A stretch of DNA of 64,000 bases from Clostridiales bacterium (GCA_003534295.1 DPDV01000013.1:10286-74285); one strand, 5' to 3'. Shown: positions 48,250 to 59,479, counted from the first letter of the stretch. Notes: generated by a model from the sequence alone, not told the origin. Made by a program: numbers and translations.

Positions 48250-48681
48250 CTAACTATGTATTGCCATTCTGGCTAATTCATCACATCTATTATTAAATTC
48301 ATTGTCTGCATGACCTTTTACTTTGTGAAATGTGACTTTATGAGTTTTGGTAAGAGAAAGTAATTCTTGCCAAAGCTCTTTATTTTTTACCTCTTTTTTA
48401 TCAGATGTTTTCCAATTATTTTTAACCCAATTTTTAATCCAATTTTGATTAAAAGCATTTACCACATAAGCACTATCACTATAAAGATGAACATTACATG
48501 GAAATTTTAGAAGCTTTAATCCCTCTATTACAGCAGTTAGTTCCATTACATTGTTGGTAGTATTTTTTAAGCCACCAGAAATTTCTTTTTTATTATCTTT
48601 ATACATTAAAATTGTTCCCCAACCACCTGGTCCAGGATTACCACTACAGGCACCATCAGTATATATAATAACTTCTTCCAT
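48250..48681 (-). CDS. rnhA: Ribonuclease HI
   Basis: [43 protein letters not shown]. Confidence 0.9.
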   Translation of the reverse strand: MEEVIIYTDGACSGNPGPGGWGTILMYKDNKKEISGGLKNTTNNVMELTAVIEGLKLLKFPCNVHLYSDSAYVVNAFNQNWIKNWVKNNWKTSDKKEVKNKELWQELLSLTKTHKVTFHKVKGHADNEFNNRCDELARMAIHS

Positions 48682-48770
48682 TTAATTTTCTCCTTCTAAT
48701 TGTAAATATTTTTATTATATGATATTATAACAATAAATAAAAAACAATACAATATAAAGAAGGTGAGTTT

Positions 48771-50003
48771 ATGCCAAAAGTATTAGGGACAATAGCTGAA
48801 TATAATCCATTTCATAATGGCCATTTATATCATATAAAAAAATCTATAGAAGAAACAGGTGCAGATTTTGTAATATGTGTGATGTCAGGAAATTTTGTAC
48901 AAAGAGGTAATACTTCTATTATAGATAAATGGACAAAAGCAAAAATGGCATTGGCTAATGGAGTAGATTTAGTAATAGAATTACCAACTGTATATAGTGT
49001 TTCAAGCGCAGAAAACTTTGCAGAAGGTGCTATAAAATTATTAGACTCATTAAAAATAGTTGATACAATATCTTTTGGTATAGAGGCAAAAGATATTGCT
49101 AGTTTAAACAATATAGCAAATGTTTTTTATATGGAGCCAAAAGAATATACCAATATATTAAACCATGAGCTAAAAAAAGGAATATCCTTTCCAAAGGCTA
49201 GAGAAAATGCTGTAATGATGTACTTGAATGATATTAAACAATATGCAAATATATTAACAGGGGCAAACAATATATTGGCAATAGAATATTTAAAGGCAAT
49301 AAAAAAGTTAAAAAGCAAATTAAATCCAATAGGAATTAGAAGAGAAAAAGTATTATATAATGATGAAATAATTATAGATGATTTTGCAAGCGCAACAGCA
49401 ATAAGAAAAATGATAGCAACAGGTCAGTTTGAAGAAATACAAAAAGTTATGCCTAAGTCTTCGTATGCACTTTTAGCAGATGAACTAAGAAGAGGACACT
49501 ATGTATTAGATTTATCAAAATTTCAGAAAGAAATAATATATAACTTAAGAAAAATGAAGGTGGGAGATATTGCTCAACTTGCAGATGTATCAGAGGGATT
49601 AGAAAATGCTATAAAAAATGCAGCAAATTCTTGCAATAATGTTGTTGACTTTGTCAATATAGTAAAATGTAAAAGATATACCCAGACAAGAATACAAAGA
49701 ATTCTAATATATGCTTTACTAGGAATAACAAGTGAAAAAATGATGACTTCTAAAAAAACAACTCCATATGCAAGAATTTTAGGTTTTAATGAAAAAGGTA
49801 AAAAACTGATATCACAAATAGTAAAACATAATAAAAGAGCGCAAATAGTAACTTCAGTAAAAAAATATATGGATGAATCTAAAAATAAGGCATTAAAGGA
49901 AATGCTAGAAACTGATATATTTGCGACCAATGTATATACTCTAGGATATGAAAGCGATTCTTGGTCTAACTTAGACTATACTAATAAAATAATTACCATG
50001 TAA
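48771..50003 (+). CDS. tmcAL: tRNA(Met) cytidine acetate ligase (YlbM/UPF0348 family)
   Basis: N-terminus GTIAEYNPFHNGHLYHI, and length about 410 aa. Confidence 0.75.
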   Translation: MPKVLGTIAEYNPFHNGHLYHIKKSIEETGADFVICVMSGNFVQRGNTSIIDKWTKAKMALANGVDLVIELPTVYSVSSAENFAEGAIKLLDSLKIVDTISFGIEAKDIASLNNIANVFYMEPKEYTNILNHELKKGISFPKARENAVMMYLNDIKQYANILTGANNILAIEYLKAIKKLKSKLNPIGIRREKVLYNDEIIIDDFASATAIRKMIATGQFEEIQKVMPKSSYALLADELRRGHYVLDLSKFQKEIIYNLRKMKVGDIAQLADVSEGLENAIKNAANSCNNVVDFVNIVKCKRYTQTRIQRILIYALLGITSEKMMTSKKTTPYARILGFNEKGKKLISQIVKHNKRAQIVTSVKKYMDESKNKALKEMLETDIFATNVYTLGYESDSWSNLDYTNKIITM

Positions 50004-50092
50004 AATATTACAAAAATATTACATTTCATTATTTTTATTGAAATGTAATATTTTTTATCATATAATCTGCGTAAGGGAAATCACATAATTGT

Positions 50093-50674
50093 ATGCATAA
50101 GACATTCCCATTTATTATGGAAGGAAACATTGAAATGGAAACTTTTGCAACATATATAATGGAAGAAAAAGACTGGGTAAAGAAACTTGAAATAGCATAT
50201 TATTTGCGAAAAAAAGCTAATACTTTTTTTAATAACACTGTTATTTTTAAGACGGTGTTGGCCAAGTTATTTCTAGATCACACAGAAATTGATTTGGATA
50301 AAAATTTAATTTTAACAGCATGCATATTGTGTAATTGTAAAAAAGTTGATAATTTTTCTGATATGGAGAAAATCAAAACATATGCAAAAGAAGGAGCCGA
50401 GTATTTAAGAAATCTTGGATTTGACGAAAGATTTTGCAGAATATGTGAACAAGTAAATAGATATAGTGGGCTAGAACCTAGAGAGCCAGAAGCAGATATT
50501 TTAGAATTAATTGATCAATTTGGTGGAATGCTTCTGGACAGACCAGAAAGAATTGGATTTAAATGTGATGAAGCCTTAGTTCTATTGGAATTTAGAAATT
50601 TAAAGGATAAAGAAAATAGATATTTAGAAATATTTAAGGATTTTGTAAATAGAATGGAGGCAATAAAGATATGA
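50093..50674 (+). CDS. Hypothetical protein
   Basis: Track ORF. The true start may be the ATG at 50135. Its stop overlaps the next ORF's start (ATGA). Confidence 0.4.
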   Translation: MHKTFPFIMEGNIEMETFATYIMEEKDWVKKLEIAYYLRKKANTFFNNTVIFKTVLAKLFLDHTEIDLDKNLILTACILCNCKKVDNFSDMEKIKTYAKEGAEYLRNLGFDERFCRICEQVNRYSGLEPREPEADILELIDQFGGMLLDRPERIGFKCDEALVLLEFRNLKDKENRYLEIFKDFVNRMEAIKI

Positions 50675-50946
50675 ATGAAAATAGAGAAGTAATTATTCCA
50701 GATGTTTTAGGTGTTCTAAGTTTTATAGCAAAAGAGATAAATAGTATTCCAGATGATAATGACATGGTTAAAGGAATGAAGGTAATATCTAGAATATATC
50801 CTATTGTACAAGGAAGAATACAAGGGATCCCGTTATCAGATTTAACAAAAGATACAGATATGAAAATAGCTGAAAATAAAGAAAGCAGTTCTGTGGAAAA
50901 CACTTTAAGAAAGCCAGGAAGATTTTATGATGAATTAGGATTGTAA
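50671..50946 (+). CDS. Hypothetical small protein
   Basis: Translationally coupled to the neighbouring genes. Confidence 0.4.
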   Translation: MNENREVIIPDVLGVLSFIAKEINSIPDDNDMVKGMKVISRIYPIVQGRIQGIPLSDLTKDTDMKIAENKESSSVENTLRKPGRFYDELGL

Positions 50947-50970
50947 AAGGAAAAGGAAATGTGGTAAGAA

Positions 50971-52164
50971 ATGAGAGAAATATTTGCAGATTTACATGTA
51001 CATATAGGAAGAAGTGAAAGCGGAAAACCAATAAAGATAACAGCAGCAAAAAGTTTGAACTTTGCTAATATAGCAAAAGAGTGTGCAGATAGAAAAGGAA
51101 TACAAATAGTAGGAATAATAGATTGTGCATCACCATATGTAATAGAAGATATAGAGAATTTCTTGAGAACAGGACAGGCATATGAAATAGAAGATGGTGG
51201 AATAATATATAAAGATAAAGTATGCATATTATTGGGCAGTGAAGTGGAAACATCTGAAGTTGGAAGAAATGGGAAAAAGGGAGCGGCACATAATGTTTGC
51301 TTTTTTCCGCACTTAGACGATATAAAGGCTTTTTCAAAAGAAATGAGCACGCATATAAAAAATATAACATTAAGCACGCAAAGGTCTGATATTTCTGGTT
51401 ATGAGCTAATAGATATAGTAGAAAAAAATAATGGAATTTTAATACCAGCACATTGCTTTACTCCATTTAAAAGTTATTACGGAAATTGCGTGGATAGAAT
51501 GCAAAATATATTTAAAGAAAAATTTAGTAAGATATTTGCAATAGAATTAGGATTAAGTGCAGATACATATTTGGCAGATACAATATCAGAATTAGAAGAT
51601 AAAACATTCATAACAAATTCAGATGCGCATTCATTGCCTAAAATAGCTAGAGAATATAATAAAATGCAAGTGCAAGATATAAGTTTTAAAGAAGTTGTAA
51701 AAGCTTTGAAAAATGAAGAGGGAAGAAAAGTACTGTGTAACTATGGTTTGGATCCTAAATTAGGTAAATACCATAGAACATTTTGCGATAATTGTAGTTC
51801 GGTAATAGAAACAAAAGAACCAGTGGAAAGATGTCCAAAATGTTCAAGCGAAAAGGTTACTTTTGGAGTATTTGATAGAATAGAATTAATAAAAGACAAA
51901 AAGGAATTTAAAAGCCCAAAACATAGGCCACCATATATATATCAGGTTCCACTTACTTTCATACCAGGGTTGGGCGCAAAAACAATAGAGAAATTATTAA
52001 ATACTTTTGGGACAGAAATGGATATATTGCACAAGTTGTCTAAAGATGATATAGAAAGTGTAGTTGGCGAAAAGGTTGCAAACACAATAATAGATGCAAG
52101 AGAGGGTAATATAAAAATACAATCTGGTGGCGGAGGAGTTTATGGAAAATTAACAGCAAGCTAG
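50971..52164 (+). CDS. Endonuclease Q-like PHP-domain protein (TIGR00375 family)
   Basis: ADLHVHIGRS PHP start, zinc finger CDNCSS...CPKCSS, helix-hairpin-helix GLGAKTIEKLL. Confidence 0.65.
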   Translation: MREIFADLHVHIGRSESGKPIKITAAKSLNFANIAKECADRKGIQIVGIIDCASPYVIEDIENFLRTGQAYEIEDGGIIYKDKVCILLGSEVETSEVGRNGKKGAAHNVCFFPHLDDIKAFSKEMSTHIKNITLSTQRSDISGYELIDIVEKNNGILIPAHCFTPFKSYYGNCVDRMQNIFKEKFSKIFAIELGLSADTYLADTISELEDKTFITNSDAHSLPKIAREYNKMQVQDISFKEVVKALKNEEGRKVLCNYGLDPKLGKYHRTFCDNCSSVIETKEPVERCPKCSSEKVTFGVFDRIELIKDKKEFKSPKHRPPYIYQVPLTFIPGLGAKTIEKLLNTFGTEMDILHKLSKDDIESVVGEKVANTIIDAREGNIKIQSGGGGVYGKLTAS

Positions 52165-52234
52165 GTTCTAAAACTCATTTTATTGAATAGATATTATGTA
52201 TAAAATATATATCTAAAGAAGGAATGATAATAAA

Positions 52235-52876
52235 ATGAGAAAAACAACTGCAAAAAGTACAATTGCAAACATTATAAAGAAACACATATATGATAACATA
52301 AGAGAATATGCAATAGTATCAATTTTATTTTTAATAGGATTAATTTTAGGAGTTATATTTATAAACAATGCAAATGAAACACAAATAACGCAGATAACGG
52401 AATATCTTAACAATTTTTCTAATTCACTAAAGACTAATTATAAAATTGACAATATGGAACTTATAAAAAACTCTATAAAAGATAATGTAATTCTTACAAT
52501 AATAATGTGGTTTGCTGGTTCAACAATAATAGGGTTGCCTATAGTGTTTGGCATAGTATCTTTTAGGGGATTTTGTATGGGATATACTATATCTTCAGCT
52601 GTAGCAACATTTGGAATAGGGAAAGGAGCTATATTTGCTACATGTAGCTTATTAATGCAAAATATAATTTTTATACCGGCATTGCTAGCATTAGCAGTTA
52701 CAGGAATAAAAGTATATAAGTCGATAATAAAAGATAAAAGAAGAGAAAATATTAAATTTGAGATAATAAGGCATACATTATTTTCGGTAATAATATTAAT
52801 TTTGCTAGTTATATCAGCCGTGGTTGAAACATACATATCACCTAATTTATTAAAGATGGTAATAAATTACATATAA
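52235..52876 (+). CDS. spoIIM: Stage II sporulation protein M
   Basis: N-terminus and five-TM layout typical of SpoIIM. Sits next to xerD, as in many Firmicutes. Confidence 0.7.
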   Translation: MRKTTAKSTIANIIKKHIYDNIREYAIVSILFLIGLILGVIFINNANETQITQITEYLNNFSNSLKTNYKIDNMELIKNSIKDNVILTIIMWFAGSTIIGLPIVFGIVSFRGFCMGYTISSAVATFGIGKGAIFATCSLLMQNIIFIPALLALAVTGIKVYKSIIKDKRRENIKFEIIRHTLFSVIILILLVISAVVETYISPNLLKMVINYI

Positions 52877-52965
52877 AATTTTTTGAAAAACTATTTACTT
52901 TTTAGTCGAAATTTGGTATAACATATATAAAGTTTATGTTAATTGAGAGAAGGAGAATAACAATA

Positions 52966-53847
52966 ATGGAAAAGCAAATAAAATTATTTTTAGAATTTTT
53001 AGAAAATGACAAAAGAGTATCAAAAAACACACTTGAATCATATAGAAGAGATATAATGCAATATGCAGATTATATAGAAGAAAACCATATGAATTATACA
53101 AAAACAAGCAATGAAGAAATAGAAGAATATATGGACTATTTAAAAGAAGAAGGAAAAAAAGCTTCAACAATATCTAGAAATTTAGCATCAATAAGGTCTT
53201 TTTACCAATATTTAATAAGAACTAAAAAAATAAAAAATGATCCTACAGAAAATATACAATCGCCTAAAGTAGAAAAGAAAATTCCAAGTGTATTAACTTC
53301 ACAAGAGGTAGAATTGTTGTTAGAGCAACCTAAGGATGTAGACTTAAAAGGTACTAGAGACAAGGCAATGTTAGAGTTTGCATATGCAACTGGAATGAGA
53401 GTTACAGAGATAATCTCGTTGAACATAGAAAATGTTGATTTAGAACAAGGTTTTGTTATATGTAATACAGTAGGTAAAAAAAGAAATATTCCATTAGGCT
53501 CTATATCATTAAAGGCTTTAAAAGAATATGTTGAAAAAGCAAGACCAATACTTATAAAAGACGAAAATGAAAAAGCTTTATTTGTTAATGTTAATGGAAA
53601 AAGATTAACAAGACAAGGGTTCTGGAAAATTGTTAAATATTATAAAGAACAAGCACATATTACAAAGGATATAACTCCACATGTTTTAAGACATTCTTTT
53701 GCAACACATTTACTACAAAATGGTGCAGACCTTAAAGCAATACAAACAATGCTTGGACATTCAGATATATCTTCAACACAAGTATATATGCAATTTCAAG
53801 ATCCAGCATTAAGAAATGTTTACAAAAAAGCTCATCCAAGAGCATAA
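52966..53847 (+). CDS. xerD: Tyrosine recombinase XerD
   Basis: LSKNTLESYRRDI N-domain, plus ATGMRVTE, HVLRHSFATHLL and LGHSDISSTQVY catalytic motifs. Confidence 0.85.
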   Translation: MEKQIKLFLEFLENDKRVSKNTLESYRRDIMQYADYIEENHMNYTKTSNEEIEEYMDYLKEEGKKASTISRNLASIRSFYQYLIRTKKIKNDPTENIQSPKVEKKIPSVLTSQEVELLLEQPKDVDLKGTRDKAMLEFAYATGMRVTEIISLNIENVDLEQGFVICNTVGKKRNIPLGSISLKALKEYVEKARPILIKDENEKALFVNVNGKRLTRQGFWKIVKYYKEQAHITKDITPHVLRHSFATHLLQNGADLKAIQTMLGHSDISSTQVYMQFQDPALRNVYKKAHPRA

Positions 53848-53949
53848 AATAACATAAATACAGTAAAAAAATACAACTTTGGGTTGTATTTTTTTTATTT
53901 ATTGGTATAATATTATAAGAATATTTTAATTTGAAAGGAAGAAAATCAT

Positions 53950-55092
53950 ATGATAAAGAAGGTAGCAATACTTGCTAATGGTGGAGATGTTTCTGGTTTT
54001 AATGCAGTAATGCGTGCAATTATAAAAACAGCAGAAAATAATAATATAGAATGTTATGGATTTATAGATGGATATAGAGGATTATTACAAAACAATTTTG
54101 TACAGTTAGCAACTGATGCTACTGGTAATGCAAAAGGTATATTACCTAAAGGAGGGTCAATAATAGGCTCGTCAACAAATGCCAATGTTTTCAATTACCC
54201 AGTAGAAGAAAACGGAGAGAAAGTATATAAGGATTTATCAGATATATGTGTAGAAAACATTAAAAAGGATGAAATAGATTGTCTATTTACTTTAGGAGGA
54301 GATGGAACACAAAAATCGGCAAGAGATTTATCATTAAAAGGAATAAATGTTATTGGAGTTCCAAAAACAATAGATAACGATGTTGCATGTACAGAAATAA
54401 CATTTGGGTACAACACGGCAGTATCTGTTGCAGCAGAAGCGATAGATAGATTGCACACAACAGGAGAAACACATCATAGAATAATGGTATTAGAAGTAAT
54501 GGGAAGATATGCAGGATGGATTGCATTAGAATCAGCAATAGCGGGAGGTGCTGATGTGGCACTTATTCCAGAAATACCATATGATATAAATAGTGCAGCA
54601 AGAAAAATACTTAATAGAAAAAACAGAGGAAAGGCATTTAGTATAGTTGTCGTAGCAGAAGGAGCAAAGCCAATAAATGGCGATATTACTATAATGGGAA
54701 CAAGAAACAATGGAAAAGGTGTAGATAATACAAAATTAGGAGGAGCAGGATTTAAGGTTGCAAAAGAATTAGAAGAGTTAACAGGGTTAGAAGCAAGATG
54801 TACAGTTTTGGGATACATGCAAAGAGGTGGTAGTCCAACTGCTTTTGATAGAGTCCTTTCAACTAAATATGGAGCAAAAGCAATGGAGCTTGCTATGGAA
54901 GGTAAATTTAATGTATTAACAGTAATAAAAGATGGTAGATTAAATTATGTTCCACTTGAAGATGTAGTAGGAAACAATAAAAAAATAGGTGCAGCATCTG
55001 GCAATACCGCAGAGAGCAATATAAGAAAAGTAAATCTGGATCACGATTTGGTGAAAACAGCAAGACACATAGGAATAAATTTAGGAGATTAA
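53950..55092 (+). CDS. pfkA: 6-phosphofructokinase
   Basis: GGDVSGFNA, GGDGT, PKTIDND, MGRYAG motifs. Confidence 0.85.
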   Translation: MIKKVAILANGGDVSGFNAVMRAIIKTAENNNIECYGFIDGYRGLLQNNFVQLATDATGNAKGILPKGGSIIGSSTNANVFNYPVEENGEKVYKDLSDICVENIKKDEIDCLFTLGGDGTQKSARDLSLKGINVIGVPKTIDNDVACTEITFGYNTAVSVAAEAIDRLHTTGETHHRIMVLEVMGRYAGWIALESAIAGGADVALIPEIPYDINSAARKILNRKNRGKAFSIVVVAEGAKPINGDITIMGTRNNGKGVDNTKLGGAGFKVAKELEELTGLEARCTVLGYMQRGGSPTAFDRVLSTKYGAKAMELAMEGKFNVLTVIKDGRLNYVPLEDVVGNNKKIGAASGNTAESNIRKVNLDHDLVKTARHIGINLGD

Positions 55093-55115
55093 TATATAAT
55101 AAAGGGGAAATTAAT

Positions 55116-56825
55116 TTGGTAGATTTTAAGAAAATTATATCGGAAAAAATTGGAGAAATAACTAATGTGGATTCAAAAAATATATATGAATTTATAGAAA
55201 CTCCGCCAAACAAAGAAATGGGAGATTATGCATTTCCTTGCTTTAAGTTGGCAAAGGATTTAAAAAAAGCTCCACCAGTTATTGCTAATGAATTAAAAGA
55301 TAAATTAACATTTGAAAATAATGAAATAGTTAAAATAGAAATAGCGGGAGGATATTTAAACTTTTATGTAAATGCTCAGATGCTTATTTCTGAAGTTTTA
55401 ACAGAGGTAGAAAAACTAAAAGAGAATTATGGCTCAAGTAAAGTAGGAGAAGGAAAAAATATAGTAATAGACTATTCGTCGCCTAATATAGCAAAGCCTT
55501 TTCATATAGGACATTTACGTACTACTGTAATAGGAAATAGTATATATAAACTGTATAAATTCTTGGGTTATAACTGCATAGGTGTAAATCATTTAGGAGA
55601 CTGGGGTACACAATTTGGAAAATTAATAGAAGGTTACAAAAGATGGGGAGAAGAGTACAATATAGATGAAAATCCAATTGATGAATTAACTAAAATTTAT
55701 ATAAGAATAAATGCGCTTTGCAAAGAGGACGAAACAGTATTAAATGATTGCAGAAATAATTTTAAAAAATTGGAAGATGGAGATGAATATTGTACAAATC
55801 TATGGAAGAAATTTAGAGATCTAAGTATAAAAGAGTTTCAAAAAGTCTATGATATGCTTGACATACATTTTGATTCTTTAAATGGCGAAGCTTTTTATGC
55901 AGATAAAATGGATGAAGTAGTACATATTTTAGAAAGTACCGGAAAACTTGTTGAATCCGAAGGGGCAAGGATAATAGACTTATCTGATAAAAATATGGCA
56001 CCTTGTATAATAGGCAAAACGAATGGCTCTACAACATATGCAACGCGTGACTTAGCAGCTATAATGTATAGAGCAAGAGAATATAATTATGATAAAAATA
56101 TATATGTTACTTCATATGAGCAAATATTACATTTTAAACAGGTATTTGAGGTGGCTAAGTTATTAGGCTTAGATGAAAAATACATTAATGGACTAGTACA
56201 TGTTCCATTTGGAATGATTCAATCAAAAAATGGAAAATTATCAACAAGAGATGGAAATGTAATAAAATTAGAAGACTTATTAAATGAAGCGACCTCAAGA
56301 GTAGAAACAATAATTGATGCTAAAAATCCTGAGTTAGAGAATAAGAAAGAAATTGCAAAAAAAATAGGAATAGGAGCAGTTATATTCAATGATTTATATA
56401 ATAGCAGAATAAAAGATGAATTATTTGACTGGGATACAATGCTTAATTTTAATGGAGAAACAGGACCTTATGTTCAATATATATATGTAAGAACTAAAAG
56501 TGTTTTAGAAAAAGCAGGATACATTCCAAAAATAGAAAATGTTAATTTTGAGAAGCTACAAGACGAAAAATCTTTAGAAATTATAAAATTAATCTATAAT
56601 TTTGGAGATATAATTATGCAAGCTGCTGAAAAATATGAACCATATATATTAGCAAGGTATCTAATAAGCCTTGCACAAGCATTTAGTAGCTTCTATAATG
56701 AAAACAAAATAATAGGTGAAGAACAACAAACACAAGATGCAAGATTATATTTAACTTATGCAACAGGAATTATATTGAAAAGAGGCGCAAATTTACTAGG
56801 AATACAGATGCCAGAAAAGATGTAG
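55116..56825 (+). CDS. argS: Arginine--tRNA ligase
   Basis: HIGH-type motif PFHIGHLR and KLSTRDGN (the KMSK equivalent). TTG start 7 nt after AAGGGG. Confidence 0.9.
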   Translation: MVDFKKIISEKIGEITNVDSKNIYEFIETPPNKEMGDYAFPCFKLAKDLKKAPPVIANELKDKLTFENNEIVKIEIAGGYLNFYVNAQMLISEVLTEVEKLKENYGSSKVGEGKNIVIDYSSPNIAKPFHIGHLRTTVIGNSIYKLYKFLGYNCIGVNHLGDWGTQFGKLIEGYKRWGEEYNIDENPIDELTKIYIRINALCKEDETVLNDCRNNFKKLEDGDEYCTNLWKKFRDLSIKEFQKVYDMLDIHFDSLNGEAFYADKMDEVVHILESTGKLVESEGARIIDLSDKNMAPCIIGKTNGSTTYATRDLAAIMYRAREYNYDKNIYVTSYEQILHFKQVFEVAKLLGLDEKYINGLVHVPFGMIQSKNGKLSTRDGNVIKLEDLLNEATSRVETIIDAKNPELENKKEIAKKIGIGAVIFNDLYNSRIKDELFDWDTMLNFNGETGPYVQYIYVRTKSVLEKAGYIPKIENVNFEKLQDEKSLEIIKLIYNFGDIIMQAAEKYEPYILARYLISLAQAFSSFYNENKIIGEEQQTQDARLYLTYATGIILKRGANLLGIQMPEKM

Positions 56826-56840
56826 TTTAAAGGAGCACTA

Positions 56841-57671
56841 ATGAGAGAAAAAATAAACGAATCAAAAAAAGAACCATTAAAAATACAAGGATTTACAATA
56901 ACAACTTTACTTGCATATTTTATAATTTATAGTATTATTGGTTTTATAATAGAAACAATATTTGGAATATTAACTAAAGGCGTGTTAGAAAGCCGAAAAA
57001 GCTTTATTATTGGACCATTTTGTTCAATTTATGGTTTGGGAGCTGTTATAATGATTTTGGCTCTACAGAAATTTAAAAAGAATAATTACACATTATTTTT
57101 TGGAGGCTTTTTAGTTGGCTCAATTATAGAATATGTGGTTAGTTTAATAGGAGAAGCCATATTCCATGTGGTATGGTGGGATTACTCGGATATGGCTTTT
57201 AATATTAATGGTAGAATTTGTGTAGCATTTTCTATGTTCTGGGGAATTTTGGCAATTTATCTAATCACACATTTTAATCCAAAAGTGGACAAATTTTTAG
57301 AAAAATTTTCATACAAACAATTGAAAAAAGCTGTTATAATTATTATGATATTTTTGATGATAGATATGGTAATTACAGGAATTGGGCTAAAGGTATTTTT
57401 TGTAAGACTTGTAAGCGAAAATAAAGTACAGCTAAATATAGAAGAAAAATATATAGATAAATATATTGAACAATATAAAAATATGCCAATGAAATCACTA
57501 GTTGATAAAATTTTTTCAAATAAGGAAATGTTAAAAACATTTCCAAATCTTAAAATTACAAATAAAGATGGAAATGTAGTTCTAATTAGAGATATACTAA
57601 GTGATATAAATCCATATTATTTAAAAGTATTTACACCAAAAGTAATTGACAAAGTAAAATTTGCAGAATAA
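56841..57671 (+). CDS. PF06541-like membrane protein (paralog of 47408..48244)
   Basis: GPFCSIYGLGA and VWWDYS...NINGRICV motifs. Confidence 0.6.
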   Translation: MREKINESKKEPLKIQGFTITTLLAYFIIYSIIGFIIETIFGILTKGVLESRKSFIIGPFCSIYGLGAVIMILALQKFKKNNYTLFFGGFLVGSIIEYVVSLIGEAIFHVVWWDYSDMAFNINGRICVAFSMFWGILAIYLITHFNPKVDKFLEKFSYKQLKKAVIIIMIFLMIDMVITGIGLKVFFVRLVSENKVQLNIEEKYIDKYIEQYKNMPMKSLVDKIFSNKEMLKTFPNLKITNKDGNVVLIRDILSDINPYYLKVFTPKVIDKVKFAE

Positions 57672-57710
57672 TATGTAGTATAAATAAAAGAAAGGAAATG
57701 TGATTGAAAA

Positions 57711-59075
57711 ATGAGAAAATATTTTGGAACAGATGGAATAAGAAGAATCGCTAATACTGAACTCTCTCCAGAATTAGTTTATAAAGTTGCAAAAGCTGGT
57801 GCATATGTTTTATCTAAACATACAGACCATACACCAACAATATTAATAGGTAGAGATACAAGAATATCTGGTACTCTTATAGAAAGTGCAATGGTTGCAG
57901 GCTTCTTAAGCTATGGAGCTAATGTAAAAATATTAGGTGTTATGCCAACCCCAGGAGTGGCATATTTGACTAAAAAACTTAAAGCAGATGCAAGTGTTGT
58001 GATTTCTGCATCTCATAATACATATGAATTTAATGGTGTTAAATACTTTAGTAATAAAGGAATGAAAATTCCAGATACAATTGAAGAAGAAATAGAAGAA
58101 ATAATGGACTCAGATAAATTAACAGACTTTACAGCTGTAAATGATAAAATAGGCGTTTCAGAAATAAGAACAGATTTATTAGATGAATATGTATATTTCT
58201 TTAGGAAAAATTTTGAAGAAGACTTTGAAAATTATGAAAAAGAAAATTTTGTAGTTGCCATAGATACTGCAAATGGTGCTACATCTGTTGTTGCAGAAAA
58301 AGTATTTGCCGCTCTAGGAATAAAACACTATATATTAAATAATACACCAAATGGAATAAATATAAATGATAATTGTGGCTCTACACATTTAGATGTACTA
58401 AAAAAATATGTTGTAGAAAATAAATGTAACTTAGGAATTGCTTATGACGGAGATGGAGACAGATGCTTAGCAGTTGATGAAAATGGAGAAGAAATAGATG
58501 GCGACAGACTAATAGCTATTATTTCTAAGTATCTAAAAGAAAAAGGAAAGCTTGCTAATAATGCAATAGTAGCAACTGTTATGAGTAACTTGGGCTTAAA
58601 AAAATATGCCGAAGAAAATGGAATAACAATAAAACAAACAAAAGTTGGGGACAGATATGTTCTAGAAGAAATGTTGAAAAATGGATATAATATAGGTGGA
58701 GAACAGTCAGGACACGTTATTTTATTAGATTATAACCCAACAGGAGATGGAATATTAACATCATTAATGCTAATTAGAGTAATGTTAGAAAGTAATAAAT
58801 CAGCATCAGAATTGTGTAAAATTATTAAAATGTATCCTCAAGTATTAGTAAATGCTAAGATTGATTCTAAAAAGAAAAAAGACTATGAAACAGATGATGA
58901 GATTCAAACAGAAATTAGAAAATTAGAAGAGGAATTTTCTGGAAATGGAAGAGTATTAATTAGACCTTCTGGAACAGAACCACTAATAAGAGTAATGTTA
59001 GAGGGAGAAGACGAAGCATATTTAAAAGAAAAAGCAGAAAACCTTGCACAATTGATTGAAAAAAAATTAAAATAA
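57711..59075 (+). CDS. glmM: Phosphoglucosamine mutase
   Basis: MRKYFGTDGIR, active-site SASHN, DGDGDR, GGEQSGH. Confidence 0.95.
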   Translation: MRKYFGTDGIRRIANTELSPELVYKVAKAGAYVLSKHTDHTPTILIGRDTRISGTLIESAMVAGFLSYGANVKILGVMPTPGVAYLTKKLKADASVVISASHNTYEFNGVKYFSNKGMKIPDTIEEEIEEIMDSDKLTDFTAVNDKIGVSEIRTDLLDEYVYFFRKNFEEDFENYEKENFVVAIDTANGATSVVAEKVFAALGIKHYILNNTPNGININDNCGSTHLDVLKKYVVENKCNLGIAYDGDGDRCLAVDENGEEIDGDRLIAIISKYLKEKGKLANNAIVATVMSNLGLKKYAEENGITIKQTKVGDRYVLEEMLKNGYNIGGEQSGHVILLDYNPTGDGILTSLMLIRVMLESNKSASELCKIIKMYPQVLVNAKIDSKKKKDYETDDEIQTEIRKLEEEFSGNGRVLIRPSGTEPLIRVMLEGEDEAYLKEKAENLAQLIEKKLK

Positions 59076-59094
59076 ACTAAGGAGTAAATGTAAA

Positions 59095-59448
59095 ATGCCA
59101 ATAATTGATTTTACAAAGCCACTAATTATTGTGTTTGCATTAATTATATATACTGTATTAATGTATATATCCTACAAGAGAAGAAAAAGCATAGTAATAG
59201 CATTAATGCTTTTTACATCTTTAATGATTCTTATATTTCATTCGGCAGATTATATTTTACTAAAACCAGATACAGTAGATGAAATTAAAAAAGCATTAAT
59301 GTATTCTATTATTGGAGATATGTTTTTTATATATTTATCATTCATATCGTATTTGTATTTAGACAAAAAATTTGAAGAATTTAAAACGAAAAAACCAAAA
59401 GATAATAAAAAGGATAAAGACTTAGATTGGTTTTGGAGTAAAACGTAA
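59095..59448 (+). CDS. Small membrane protein
   Basis: Three hydrophobic helices and a basic tail. Confidence 0.45.
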   Translation: MPIIDFTKPLIIVFALIIYTVLMYISYKRRKSIVIALMLFTSLMILIFHSADYILLKPDTVDEIKKALMYSIIGDMFFIYLSFISYLYLDKKFEEFKTKKPKDNKKDKDLDWFWSKT

Positions 59449-59479
59449 TATAAAATTAAAGAAAAGGATGTAAAAACAA

